DNA of 64,000 nt from Azolla caroliniana (lineage: Eukaryota; Plantae; Polypodiophyta): positions 28,954,001 through 29,018,000 of the forward strand of contig JBHGNT010000001.1 in NCBI GenBank assembly GCA_043228905.1. Reading direction: 5' to 3'. Below the pieces are notes generated by a model. It was not told the origin of the DNA and did no database searches. It was given only the letters and a program-made list of their open reading frames with translations. This document shows, piece by piece, positions 10,496 to 21,535 of this stretch; position 1 is the stretch's first letter; every line of letters starts with the position of its first letter. The position numbers and the translations under genes were made by a program.

Positions 10496-13400
10496 TTAAG
10501 GAGGTTGCAGGTCTCCAAATGGAAGGTGGCAATTGCAAGGATGGAAGAGTTTTGTGATAGGAGGTCGTATAATACTATTGCCTATGAGAAGTGTGACTTT
10601 TTTCACTTTGTGCTCATACACAACAAATCTTTCTATGCACAAAACTCTGGCCCCTTTAGTGGGTAGCGTGTTTAACTCTTCAACTTGATGAAATAATTGA
10701 TGCCTTTTCCTAATTTCCCGGGGGGAGGGGGATAATAAGAAAAGCATGCTGGAAATCTTAAGAAAACTTTGTACTACCATATACAAACATGTCAACTGTA
10801 ACCATAATGAAAGAAGGTCATCTTTAATGAATGGCCATGGCTTCTCTAACCCTACACAAGAAACAACTTCATTGAATTGTTGTTGTTTATACCTACTCCC
10901 TATATTTGTAAATGGAACTACTACATTCAATGGCTTTGAGGAGCTTTTGGCACATTGTCTATTGATTTTACTTGCACATATATTCTTCCTATTGACCATC
11001 ATGATGTGTGACCCCTGTTGTGCATCACTATTAAATTCTTTATTTTCTAACTCATCAAAGTTTGCATGAATGTTAGACATAAGAACATAGGTGGAAGCAT
11101 TATTTGGGTCAATTTTCAAGGCACGATCAAAGCATTTCCTTCCCATTTCCAGTTTCCCATGCATTCTACAACCACTAAGAACTGATGTCCAAGAAATGTC
11201 ATCGGGAAGGTTGGGCATTGTTTCAACCAAGTCTTCAGCCACATAAAACAACCCTTCCCGGCTCAAAACATCGATTATATATCCATAAACCTCATCTTCA
11301 TTTGATGATTCAAGACACCCTCCTAAGCCCTTCAAACAGCTAGCTTCACCATCTAACCTTTCACCATACTTTGCATTAGCTGCCATAATGATACATCGTG
11401 ATATTTCATCTCTATTTTTCCATGTATCAAACACTCGTTGTGCCTCCCCCAAGCTGCCACACCTTGCGTACATATCAATCAATGTATTCCCTAATGCACT
11501 ATCAAATTCAGATCCACCTTTCAAAACTTGGTCATGTATAAACCTTCCAAGGCCTATTACGCCTATACGGCCACATGCTTTCAATATCGAAGTATAGATT
11601 GCTTTGCTTGGCTCGATACAGTCTTTGGGCATTTGTTCAAATAATCTAAGTGCATCATATGCACGCCCATGCTCAGAAAACCCATCAATCATAGCACCCC
11701 ATGATACAACATCTTTGTGTTGGATCATTTCGAACAATCTATATGCCTCCTTCAAATTCGCAAATTTAACATACATGTCAAGAAGGCTACTCTCGATGGT
11801 CACCTCCAATTCATATCCATGCCTTACAATATAGTCATGTACAATTCTACCTTGGCGAAGGGCTACTGAGCTTCCACATGCCTTCAAAACAGAAAACAAT
11901 GTGCCAGCAACAGGTTCAATGCTTCCTTGTTCCATTTGCCAAAAGCAATCCAATGCTTTTGAGGCAAGCCCATGCCGAGAATATGCCATAATGATTGCAT
12001 CCCATGACAATGCATCTCGGAGATGTAATCCATCAAATATTTTACATGCATCTTTTAAGCTATATAATCTAGCATACATGGAAATAAGTGCATTGGCGAT
12101 ACTAGTGGTGAGATTTTCACAAACTCTCATAATACGGTCATGCATGAGCCAACCTTCACAAAGTGTATAAGTGGTGTCACATGCTCTTAAAATGCATGAA
12201 AATATGATTTCGTCAGGCACAATATTGACCTTTTGCATATATTGGATAAGCTCAAGAGCATGAAGTGAATGCTCATGATTAGTGTATCCTGTTATCATGG
12301 TCGTCCATGACACCAGATTCTTATCAGACATTCTATCGAAGATTTTTCGAGCTCCTTTCAAGCTTCCACAATTTAAATATGAATAAATTAGAGCATTTCC
12401 AATTGCTATATCAGGCTGAATTCCACTTCTAATAAGAAGATCATGTATCGAATGAAAGTGTATAAAACATCTAGCCTTGCCACATGCATGTAATACACAT
12501 GAGAATGTGATTCGGTTGGGTTCAATGCCCTTTTGCAGCATTTTCCAAAAAAGCTCAATTGCACCCAGAGGGTTGTCATTATGAGAAAATCCGACCATTA
12601 GTGTAGTCCATGACACGAGATCTTGATTCGGCAAATTGTCAAATACTTTTCGTGCATCTTCTAGACTACCATAATGTGCATACATGTTTATGAGAGCATT
12701 TCCTACTTCAACATCAGATATGAGTCCATTTCTTAGTATACAATCGTGAAGCATTTTTGCATGGCCAAAGCTACAACAAGCTCTAATGATTCCAAGGAAT
12801 GTCACTTTCTCCGGAAGAAGATCATCTTCTTTTCGCATTCTTTCCAGCATTTTAAGGGAATGTAAGTAGTGGCCATGCTGAGCATACCCTTGAATGATGA
12901 TGTTCCATGAAATAATGTCCCGACAGGGAATTTGTTCAAATACTTTGTATGCTTCACTTAACAACCCACATTTTGCATAAACATCAATAAGCTTGTTACC
13001 TACACCAACATTTGAAGACAGATCAATCTTAACAATAAGATCATGTAGTTTTCTGCCTTGCTTTAACAAATAAAGATTTCCACAAGCTTTCAAAGAAGAC
13101 ACAAGAATGGGTTCATTTGGCTGGATGCCTTCTTGAATCATCTCATCTAAAAGTTTGAATACTCTCATTTCTTCACCATTTCTCGCATATCCATTTATCA
13201 ATGCACCCCACGAAATGAGATTTTTTCTACTGCCTAATCCACGAAACACAAATTCAGCATCGGTAACACATTGCGATTTTGAATATACATCAATGAGAAT
13301 GCTCCCGATGTATACATCCAGTTCTCTTCCTTCTTCAACGATCTTCCCATGTATGAGTCTGCCCTCTATTACGCTATCACTATAAGTGTGACTATTACAT

Positions 13401-13498
13401 GCCTTAAGAAGACCCACAACAGTCGGGTTAGAGACCATCCCAACATGTTTCTTCTGCATTCTAACAATGGATTCAACAGAGTTTCCACTTTTCTTCAC
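10496..13498 (-). CDS. PLS-class pentatricopeptide repeat protein with E-like C-terminus, no DYW
   Basis: 1000-codon ORF with repeated P-L-S motifs (GNALINMYAHYGSLEDARKVFD, DLVSWTTLM, PNRITFSCVLHACG) and E-type WTSVLSGCRMHG...YVLMSNI. Track start is GTG; first ATG is at 13459, so the true N-terminus is uncertain. Confidence 0.92.
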   Translation of the reverse strand: MKKSGNSVESIVRMQKKHVGMVSNPTVVGLLKACNSHTYSDSVIEGRLIHGKIVEEGRELDVYIGSILIDVYSKSQCVTDAEFVFRGLGSRKNLISWGALINGYARNGEEMRVFKLLDEMIQEGIQPNEPILVSSLKACGNLYLLKQGRKLHDLIVKIDLSSNVGVGNKLIDVYAKCGLLSEAYKVFEQIPCRDIISWNIIIQGYAQHGHYLHSLKMLERMRKEDDLLPEKVTFLGIIRACCSFGHAKMLHDCILRNGLISDVEVGNALINMYAHYGSLEDARKVFDNLPNQDLVSWTTLMVGFSHNDNPLGAIELFWKMLQKGIEPNRITFSCVLHACGKARCFIHFHSIHDLLIRSGIQPDIAIGNALIYSYLNCGSLKGARKIFDRMSDKNLVSWTTMITGYTNHEHSLHALELIQYMQKVNIVPDEIIFSCILRACDTTYTLCEGWLMHDRIMRVCENLTTSIANALISMYARLYSLKDACKIFDGLHLRDALSWDAIIMAYSRHGLASKALDCFWQMEQGSIEPVAGTLFSVLKACGSSVALRQGRIVHDYIVRHGYELEVTIESSLLDMYVKFANLKEAYRLFEMIQHKDVVSWGAMIDGFSEHGRAYDALRLFEQMPKDCIEPSKAIYTSILKACGRIGVIGLGRFIHDQVLKGGSEFDSALGNTLIDMYARCGSLGEAQRVFDTWKNRDEISRCIIMAANAKYGERLDGEASCLKGLGGCLESSNEDEVYGYIIDVLSREGLFYVAEDLVETMPNLPDDISWTSVLSGCRMHGKLEMGRKCFDRALKIDPNNASTYVLMSNIHANFDELENKEFNSDAQQGSHIMMVNRKNICASKINRQCAKSSSKPLNVVVPFTNIGSRYKQQQFNEVVSCVGLEKPWPFIKDDLLSLWLQLTCLYMVVQSFLKISSMLFLLSPSPREIRKRHQLFHQVEELNTLPTKGARVLCIERFVVYEHKVKKVTLLIGNSIIRPPITKLFHPCNCHLPFGDLQPP

Positions 13499-14771
13499 AA
13501 GTGATTCTGAAGCGCATACACTGCTACTCTATAGTGTCAGACAGCAATTAGCAGCTAGAAACTGCAGGAAAAACATGCTATGGAGATAAAGAAATCTGTA
13601 AATTACAGAGCTAAGCATTTGGTTTGCTGTATGTAGCAGAGTAAACTGACTAGAGGAGGAACTAAGTACGCATACGAATACGAATACGTATATATATGTG
13701 TATGTACATATGTATGTATGTTGGACGATAGGTTATAAGTTATAACTTATGTCACTTGGATAAGAACAATATTTCTGTCTTTTAGACAAAATTCCAAACA
13801 AGTTTTTTAATCTCGACTTTGCTACCGAAGATCTTTCATATTATAATGAAATGGGATGGGCCACGATTTATGTCTTATTTCCATTATGTGTTTATGCACG
13901 AGCTAGGAGATCGATCTATGTGCATCAAAAGGTGGGTGGGTGGGGGGGAAGGGAATGAAATGTGTTTCGAGAACCATATGCAGAGAATATTGTATAAGAA
14001 ATACCGAAAGGCTACATTGTGAAAATTATAATATGGGCTCTGCGCCTCACACAAATGACACCATGTGCCTTGTGAGTAATTCTGAGTACCAAACTATCTT
14101 GCCAAGGTTTTGTTCCTCACTTGCAAGTGTACAACATTGAAGAGAGGGGTACAAGATACAAGGAGTAAGTATACTCTCATTGAGGAATTGATCAAAACAA
14201 GTACAATGAATCATCTCAGGATGCAAGAGAAGAGTCCATAAACGATTGTAATTGTTTTGTTAGTGCTTGCAAAATGTCACGTTGATGTAAAAGTGGGATT
14301 ATATGTTACCAAATATTATGGCATAAACGTGAATTGGGTGGCTTTATATCAGGGTGGATCGAATTAGAGAAAAGAAAGAGAACGGAGAAAGAATAAGAAA
14401 TTGACAATGTATTAACAATGAAAACAAGGGATACAAGAATATGCGGAAATTTGGTGTTGAACTGAAATGGTTCATCAATGATTAAATCACCTACTTATAT
14501 GGCATGGTTGGACAAATGTATGTTTTTGCCACCTCGAATACATGCATGATCACCACTTGGCATTCATGAAAGCTTGTCATTTGATGATCATGCATTAGCT
14601 TGTGCAAGGTGGTGACATCTCCTAATTGATATATAGTCAAGATTATATAAAATGGTAAAAAGGCAACCTATTGGATAATATATTGTGAAATGCACATAAA
14701 AGGAATCCAAACTAGCTTACTTGGCTTCTTACTTCTTGCTCAATTTATAGTCGATACAAAGGTGCCCATTT

Positions 14772-14866
14772 GGGTTGGCTTAGCTACATGCGTGCTAAAA
14801 AGGGTGTGCTAAAAGGGTGGGTTGGCGTAGCTACATGCATGCTAAAAAGGGTGTGCTAAAAGGGTG
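14772..14866. repeat. Tandem duplication of a ~47 bp unit
   Basis: gggttggc(t/g)tagctacatgc(g/a)tgctaaaaagggtgtgctaaaagggtg occurs twice in succession. Confidence 0.8.
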
Positions 14867-15578
14867 GCACAAAGGAACACATGCACACCACAATATACAC
14901 ACACATATATTATATATAGAATAAAGTTTGTAGCTTCAAGTCTTTGTCGGACTTTCTTATTACGATTATGGTATTATGTATATGTATGCTACTTTGTATA
15001 AATGTTTTGAGAATACCCTCCAAATGCCAATGATGCTTTTATTAACTCATGCAATGAGCTCCGTGGTGACGGGCATGAGGTTAAAGAACTAAGTATCCTT
15101 CTTATTTCATCAAATGATAATTCCATTGAAAGGAGGCATGGGATCCAAGGAGCTTGATACATTCCATATCTCATGGTAAAAAGTGTACATGTGCATTATA
15201 GGACGTGAAAAAGGCTATAAGTTTCTCCACAAAGATAGGGCTTCATTGCAATCTTGTTACACCAATGTGCCCCTCAAGTAGCTTTGATGTAAAACATTTC
15301 CCTATACATGGGCACTTTTTACTATAGGGCTAGGTAGAGGTTTTTTCGTCCATGTAACCACGTATGTATACATGATATACTAATATGTCGTGGTACATAA
15401 ATAAGGTAGGGCTTTACATATAAATCTCACTTCACTCATACTTAATAGTAGTTGTTCATCTTTATCATTGGATAGCTCTCCCAAGCATCCTATTTTTTGT
15501 GTGTGATGCCCTTCTTCGCTCTTGTGATCCTACTTTTTGTGTGTGTGCTTCTATACGTGATCAATCACCCTCTCACAT

Positions 15579-16446
15579 TGTCGCAGATTTCCGCATGGAT
15601 GTGTCGGAACGGGGTGGGACCACCGGGGTCTCAGACCAAGGAGCCGGTGAGGAAAAGGGATTATCTGGATCGGATTCCGGGGTCGGATCGGCACAGTTTA
15701 CCAATATCCTATTCGATCCAAACAAGTCTTTGGATGCTTGACGACGAGCACACGGGCTTGACACGCGTAATCGGTTCCAGAGCTGCGCCGGACAATGGGC
15801 AATGAACACACGGGCTCACACACCGAACACCCACACTCAACCGGGAATAGAACAGAGATGAGATCGCAAGCTCTGGACGCGACCAACTCACGACAAAACA
15901 GAAACGAGACAGAATTGCCGGGCAAGAGCAAAGACTCCGCAAACACTAATAATTAACAAAGGAAAATAGAAGATTACAACCAGACGCATCCGGCAACATA
16001 GAGCTTTAAGCTCCCGACACTCACACACATACACGCTAGCGAGCCTCTGATCGGGAGCACACGGCTACCATCGCAAAACGGAGGCCTAGCAACACAACCC
16101 GAAACTGAAAATAGAGAATGAGAGAACACGGAAGTCTGCAGAGCTGGTCGGACAACACTTGGTTCTCCAATACATGGATTCCCAATACAATCTCAAACCT
16201 CCCCTTTTATAGCACAAAGGGGAGGCCGTTACATCGTGTTCAGTGACAACCTTTCTTATAGAGATTTCCCTTGATTTCCTCACATCAAATCCTAGTATTC
16301 CTCTCTATACGCGTGGGACTAAAAGTACCCATTAACTACTCTGCCTAGTACTTTAAATATTCTACACGTATTTACATTTCTTGTACTCCCTCGTTCACAT
16401 GCGTTTGGCTCTCTTTTTCCCCTTATGGCCGGAATCCTTCACGACA
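15579..16446 (-). mobile_element. Probable solo LTR (868 bp)
   Basis: GC-rich island with TGTCG...CGACA inverted termini; minus-strand TATA GCTATAAAAGGGG near 16201-16213; flanks ACAT/ACGT (imperfect 4-bp TSD, consistent with CpG decay). Confidence 0.7.
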
Positions 16447-17872
16447 ACGTACTTATCAAATCTAACTTGACTGTTTCATTTTCTTTTTTAAAATGAAGAA
16501 TTGGTTATATGACCAGACATGAGTTCAACACATATCAAGGTCTCTTGTTAAAGCTCAAGCTCGGACAACTCTATTTTGGCTTTTCTACCTTGTCTTTTAT
16601 TTATCAATGAGTTGTTAGACTATGTGAATACAAACACATCGAGGCACAAATGGAAGAAATGAAGATTGTATTGCAAAGTCCTATCACAAATACATAAAGG
16701 AGATCAACAATCATCTTGAAATATACAAGTGAAAAGAATTGCACTAAGCTCATTTAGAGCCAATAATTCTTGATCGTAACTTATCAAAAGCCTGATTCCA
16801 TCCTCTTGATGAGTAAGATGAAAGGAGCTCTAATTCAGCCCTCTAGATGAAAGAGATGAATGGAGCTCTAAGTCAACCCCCTAGATGAAAAAGATGAATG
16901 GAACTCATTATATGTCCACAAATTGTGTATAATACAAGATACAAAAGATAAGAATTGAGCTTGTCATGAGAGACTTGCACTTGCACTTGCACTTACACTT
17001 CAGTTCCATACCATAAGATTGTATGTACTTGATTTATAACCCCAACTCTACACCACTCTCAAAATATGCATTAACGCAATAACCACCAAAATCGACAAAA
17101 CAAAAAAGCTTAGTCCATGAAATGCAATGTACTCAATTTAGTCACTACAACTAATGTAGTGAAGTAACCATTCCGATACAACCAGAAGGAGCTCATTGAA
17201 TGATGTCACACATTAATCATGTTTCTTGGGTTTCTTTCACTTTCAAAATCGTTCTCATCAACTGGACAAATGGATTTATGCTTAGTTACAACAATCTCAT
17301 AAATTGAGAACAAGTGGTTTTAGCACATGCACAGTACACAAAATCACTGTATGTAATCTTAAAAGCCTAAATATGGACATCATTCCTTACCCTTAGTGAA
17401 GTCTACACAAAATTCGCTTAAAACACCTAATGAATGAATGTCTTCAAAACATCAATCCAAATCTATATTTTGAAAAGAAATGGAAAAAGGGGTTGAAGTA
17501 CAAATATTACAACATGGTTAGGCCCTTCTGTCTTGGGATATAGCAAAACAGACAAACCAGGAGTCCCAAAATCATATTCAGCAGCAATTTGGGTCTCATT
17601 ATCTATCCATGGCCCTTGAAGACACACCCAGCCCAGTCAAGTCAATCTATATAAGTGATTAGTCAGGCAAAATTTGAGAGTAATGTTTTACTTACCAATC
17701 TCAAATATTTCCCATGCCATTGTTGTATGGTTTGGATATGAAATTCAGAAATATCGATCACATATAGGTCATATGTCCAAATTGTATAGTAATAATATGA
17801 CAATTTTTTGAATGGGTGTTCGCTACATCTTCTTGGGCAAACTTTCCAGTACAAAGTTTCATTGACAATGTC

Positions 17873-19501
17873 TCAGAGCTGAGATAACGAGTTCAGATAT
17901 GTGCTAAGATTCTCCCTCGCTTGTTTAGCTTCCTCATTTTCATCTTCAGCATCACCAAGTCGTTTCTCAGTATCCTCCACTTGCACTATAACTTCAGGCT
18001 CTGGGAAATGCACTCCCTCTACGCCACCAAATTCAATGCACATATTATGCATGATACAACAAGCATGTATCATTTTTGGCATCCGTTCAATATTGGGTTG
18101 TTTCACAATCCCATGAAACATCCTCCATGTCCCTTTCAAACGCCCAAATGCCCGAGCAATTGCAATACGAGTGGAAAATAGCTTATCATTATAGAAAGCT
18201 CGTTGCGAGGTTATTTCATGTTCTTTGTATGGCCTCATCAACCACGGGAGGAGGGGGTATTCAGTGTCAGCAACAACATATTCTCCAATGGAGAGATCCC
18301 CTCCAGGCATCGGATCTCCGTTGAGACGTTGCCCATTTATGCACTTCTTGTAGAAGGCAGATTCCTTGAGGCATTTGGTGTCGTTCATTGACCCAGGGTA
18401 GCCGACACATACGTCCAAGAACCTCAATTCGGTGTCTATAACAGCTTGAAGAACCATACTAAAGTTGTGGTTTTTATCCACCCATATGTCTGCGGGCTCA
18501 CCCGAGGGGAGCTCCATGATGATGTGAGATGAATCCAAAGCTCCGCAACAATTCAAGAGACCATGCTTGTTAAGAAACCCATCTTTCACTCTCAATGAAT
18601 GCTCGGGAGATGAAGAGGAGGAGGGCCATTGGAGGTAAAAACCTGCACGGCGACGCACTGAGGCAACAAATTTGGTCACAATTTTGACAACGGTGGATCG
18701 GCCACAGCTGAGGAGCTCAGAGACTGTCTTCAGTGTGTTGCCCGTGGAAAGACGGGTGACAGCAATTGCAACCTGGCGCTCCACAGACATGACTCGGCCC
18801 TCGAGGCGGAGGGACATGGGTATGTCACCTTGCTGCATGTCCTCCCGGCACAGGTCACACACTGTGACCAGGAAGCCCACGGGGAGGCGGAACACGTCGG
18901 CATAGGAAGGGTCATCCTCACGTGCAAAACCAACATGGTGGTTCCACCAATGCACAGTACGAGGTCTCATGTATGAAGCCTCAGGATGAGGCATGGGAAC
19001 CCCATAGGTTCCATATAGAATCACACCCCCTTTATCATCACCATCATCATTGTCATTAGTAGCTTCTTTCTCTGTTACTTCACACTTCTCTTCACGCTTT
19101 CCTCCCACTAAACCTTCAATCTGAGGCTTTCGATCTTCCAACTCTCCCTCTTCTTTCTGTTTTGCGACTTGTTTTCCTTCTTCTGCTTGTGCTTCTGTGT
19201 CTACTCCAACTGTGGCTCCGTGATCGTCATCGTCATGGGATTCATTACGATCATCGTCTTCTCCGCCTTCCTCCTCCTCCTCCTCCTCTTCTTCTTCATC
19301 TTCCTCTTCTTCTGCTGCTTCTTCTTCTGTGCGATCGTATCCTTCTGCAGACATGCCGAAAGGGTTGACAGAGGCCGCATCTTGGAGGAGGAGATTCCAG
19401 AATCTGAGGCACGACTGAGCGCAATGTGCGGCGGCAGAGACGGAGGGAATAACAACGCGAGGGTCGACTCGCTGGCGGCGAGAAGCTCGGCTCCGGTTCA
19501 T
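17873..19501 (-). CDS. ALP1: ALP1-like (PIF/Harbinger transposase-derived, HARBI1 family) protein
   Basis: Intronless ORF with EGRVMSVERQVAIAVTRLSTG, LNCCGALDSSHIIM, NFSMVLQAVID, YPLLPWLMRP and ACCIMHN, closely matching my recollection of ALP1 motifs; long acidic N-terminal region; first ATG 19501 (alternative 19354). Confidence 0.88.
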   Translation of the reverse strand: MNRSRASRRQRVDPRVVIPSVSAAAHCAQSCLRFWNLLLQDAASVNPFGMSAEGYDRTEEEAAEEEEDEEEEEEEEEEGGEDDDRNESHDDDDHGATVGVDTEAQAEEGKQVAKQKEEGELEDRKPQIEGLVGGKREEKCEVTEKEATNDNDDGDDKGGVILYGTYGVPMPHPEASYMRPRTVHWWNHHVGFAREDDPSYADVFRLPVGFLVTVCDLCREDMQQGDIPMSLRLEGRVMSVERQVAIAVTRLSTGNTLKTVSELLSCGRSTVVKIVTKFVASVRRRAGFYLQWPSSSSSPEHSLRVKDGFLNKHGLLNCCGALDSSHIIMELPSGEPADIWVDKNHNFSMVLQAVIDTELRFLDVCVGYPGSMNDTKCLKESAFYKKCINGQRLNGDPMPGGDLSIGEYVVADTEYPLLPWLMRPYKEHEITSQRAFYNDKLFSTRIAIARAFGRLKGTWRMFHGIVKQPNIERMPKMIHACCIMHNMCIEFGGVEGVHFPEPEVIVQVEDTEKRLGDAEDENEEAKQARENLSTYLNSLSQL

Positions 19502-19620
19502 CACGCGCACGTTCCTTCGGCTCCGCACAGCTAGGTCCAGAAAAAGTACACACACGCCAGACACAGACGGAGAACAGGAAGAAGAAGAAGAAGAAGCAGA
19601 AGCAGAAGGAGATCATGATC

Positions 19621-19970
19621 ATGATTCATCATGTGAAGCCTCTCTTAGTTAGGGTTTGTAGATAGACCTACGCATGATGATTGATAAAACCTACGCATGA
19701 TCATCATCATGTGAACCCTCCCTTAGTTAGGGCGTGTGGAGAAGAAGCCTACGCATGATCATCATCATCATGTCAACCCTCCCTTAAGTTAGGGGTTTGT
19801 GGATAAACCTAGGCATGCTCATCGTTGTGTGAACCCTCCCTTAAGTTAGGGGTTTCTGGATAAAGCTAGGCATGCTCATCATCCTGTGAACCCTCCTCCC
19901 TTAGGGTTTGTAGATAGGCCTATGCATGATATGATCATCATCATGCGAACCCTCTCTCAGGGAGGGTTTT
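19621..19970. repeat. Tandem array, about 6 units of 55-60 bp, with telo-box-like cores
   Basis: Unit consensus atcatcatgtgaaccctcccttagttagg(g)gtttgt(a/g)gata(g/a)acctacgcatg. Confidence 0.85.
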
Positions 19971-20149
19971 GTATTCTATGGTTGATCCATCAACCTACAC
20001 ATGGATGTTATGCACAACAACCTCCTTTGGCCTTTCGTCTATGTCAAGCAGCAATGATGATGATGATGATCGAAACTTGTTCACCCTTCGCTCTTCCTTT
20101 TCTGAGTTGTGGGCATCATCACATATGCTTAGTTGGTTCCGACAAGGGT

Positions 20150-21420
20150 TGACAATGTGTTTATGAATCCCCTTTTGACGCCTCCGAATGAGCCCCTTTA
20201 GGGCTAATCATGATTCATAACATTTGATGCTCGTTCAATTGGAATTTGCTTCAATTGCAAGTTTCTTGATTCCTCTATAGGCTTGTCTGAATCCCATAAA
20301 TTGTACGCTTCACCACCATGTGCACCCAATTACATCGATGTCCAATGGATCACCTCACTAAGAAGCACTCTACATACATCTTTTGATGAAAGTGTTCCCT
20401 CTGCAAACTTGTGCTAAGCATTGTCCTGAAGGTTTCTCACAAGTTAGGCAAATTTGTACATGAGCACAATGATTTGCATCTTTAGATCTAGGCTCATCTT
20501 TGGTCCCTTGAATTACTAAATGATGGCGTCAAACTCCATGATGTGGGTAATGACCAAGTTAGATTCCATCAACCTCATACAACCTCCTCATAAGATAGAC
20601 CTTGCTTGAGGTGGTGTTTTACTCATATGCTTTATTGAGCTTAGTATTCCCATATTGAATGTGCACTAAGGGTCATGGGAAAGATCTAAGACCAAAATCA
20701 TTTAGGGTAGAACATTGTTCAAAGTTTCCTTGTCATCCTCAAGAGAGAACATTAAGAGTTGAAAGATTATTTGGGCAACATTGCATAGTGTTGTATAAAC
20801 TAACACCCATGCAATATAATGTGTTATGCTCTTAAAGCGGTTTTACGTAGATCATGGAGAACAAGATTGTCATTTGTAATACAAGTTGATGTATGCAATC
20901 AAATCCTAGGGCAATGGTAAGAACCTAGTTGTATTTTGTCAAACTTACGGATCTTTAACCCTCCTCTTCATTGAGGTGGAAAGCTTCCTTTGGAAGTTCT
21001 TATTGGTGTGACTCCACTCAATGAAAAGTAAATGACGGTTGTGATAACATAGTAGTAGTATGGTGGCATGATATTACTTGTTTGAGCTTATGAGGTGGCA
21101 CACTTTCCCACCTTAGCCAAATTCCTAACAAATTATTCAGTAGTCTTTTTCCCTCGAAGATCAATACATTTAAGCATGCTTTGCTTTCTTCACTCCTAAA
21201 ATCCAAAAGGATTCCTGGAATGTTTGTATATCCCCCGACTCTCCATCCCACAAACAAAGATCACCAATTGTGATTTTGTGTACTTACATACATGAGAGGG
21301 AGACAGAGAGATGCTGAGTTAGAGGAAAGTTAGCATCTATACTTCTTTATATACAGAAGTAGCCGAGTCCGACTAATGCAAACAAGCTATAACCATACAA
21401 GTAGACATTAAGTGAACAAC
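20150..21420 (-). pseudogene. Degenerate copia element remnant (gag, possible LTR)
   Basis: 20430-20640 minus reads AYE*NTTSSKVYLMRRLYE/MESNLVITHIMEFDAII...LPNL*ETF, resembling the copia gag near 3400-3600; LTR-like segment at ~21269-21420. Boundaries uncertain. Confidence 0.55.
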
Positions 21421-21535
21421 GGTGGTGTATATATGTTTCATCTGATTATTACATATATATAGATATAACACAAATACATTCTTTGGAATAGAATCTCAAT
21501 CATTTACGCGATGCTTATAGAGTCTACTCCATTTT

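Noticed and set aside
17873-19564. Autonomous PIF/Harbinger transposon
   Set aside because: The third catalytic residue is missing, and I saw no TIRs, TSD or Myb-like partner ORF.
19621-19970. CRISPR-like array
   Set aside because: Whole units are similar, there are no unique spacers or cas genes, and the context is eukaryotic.
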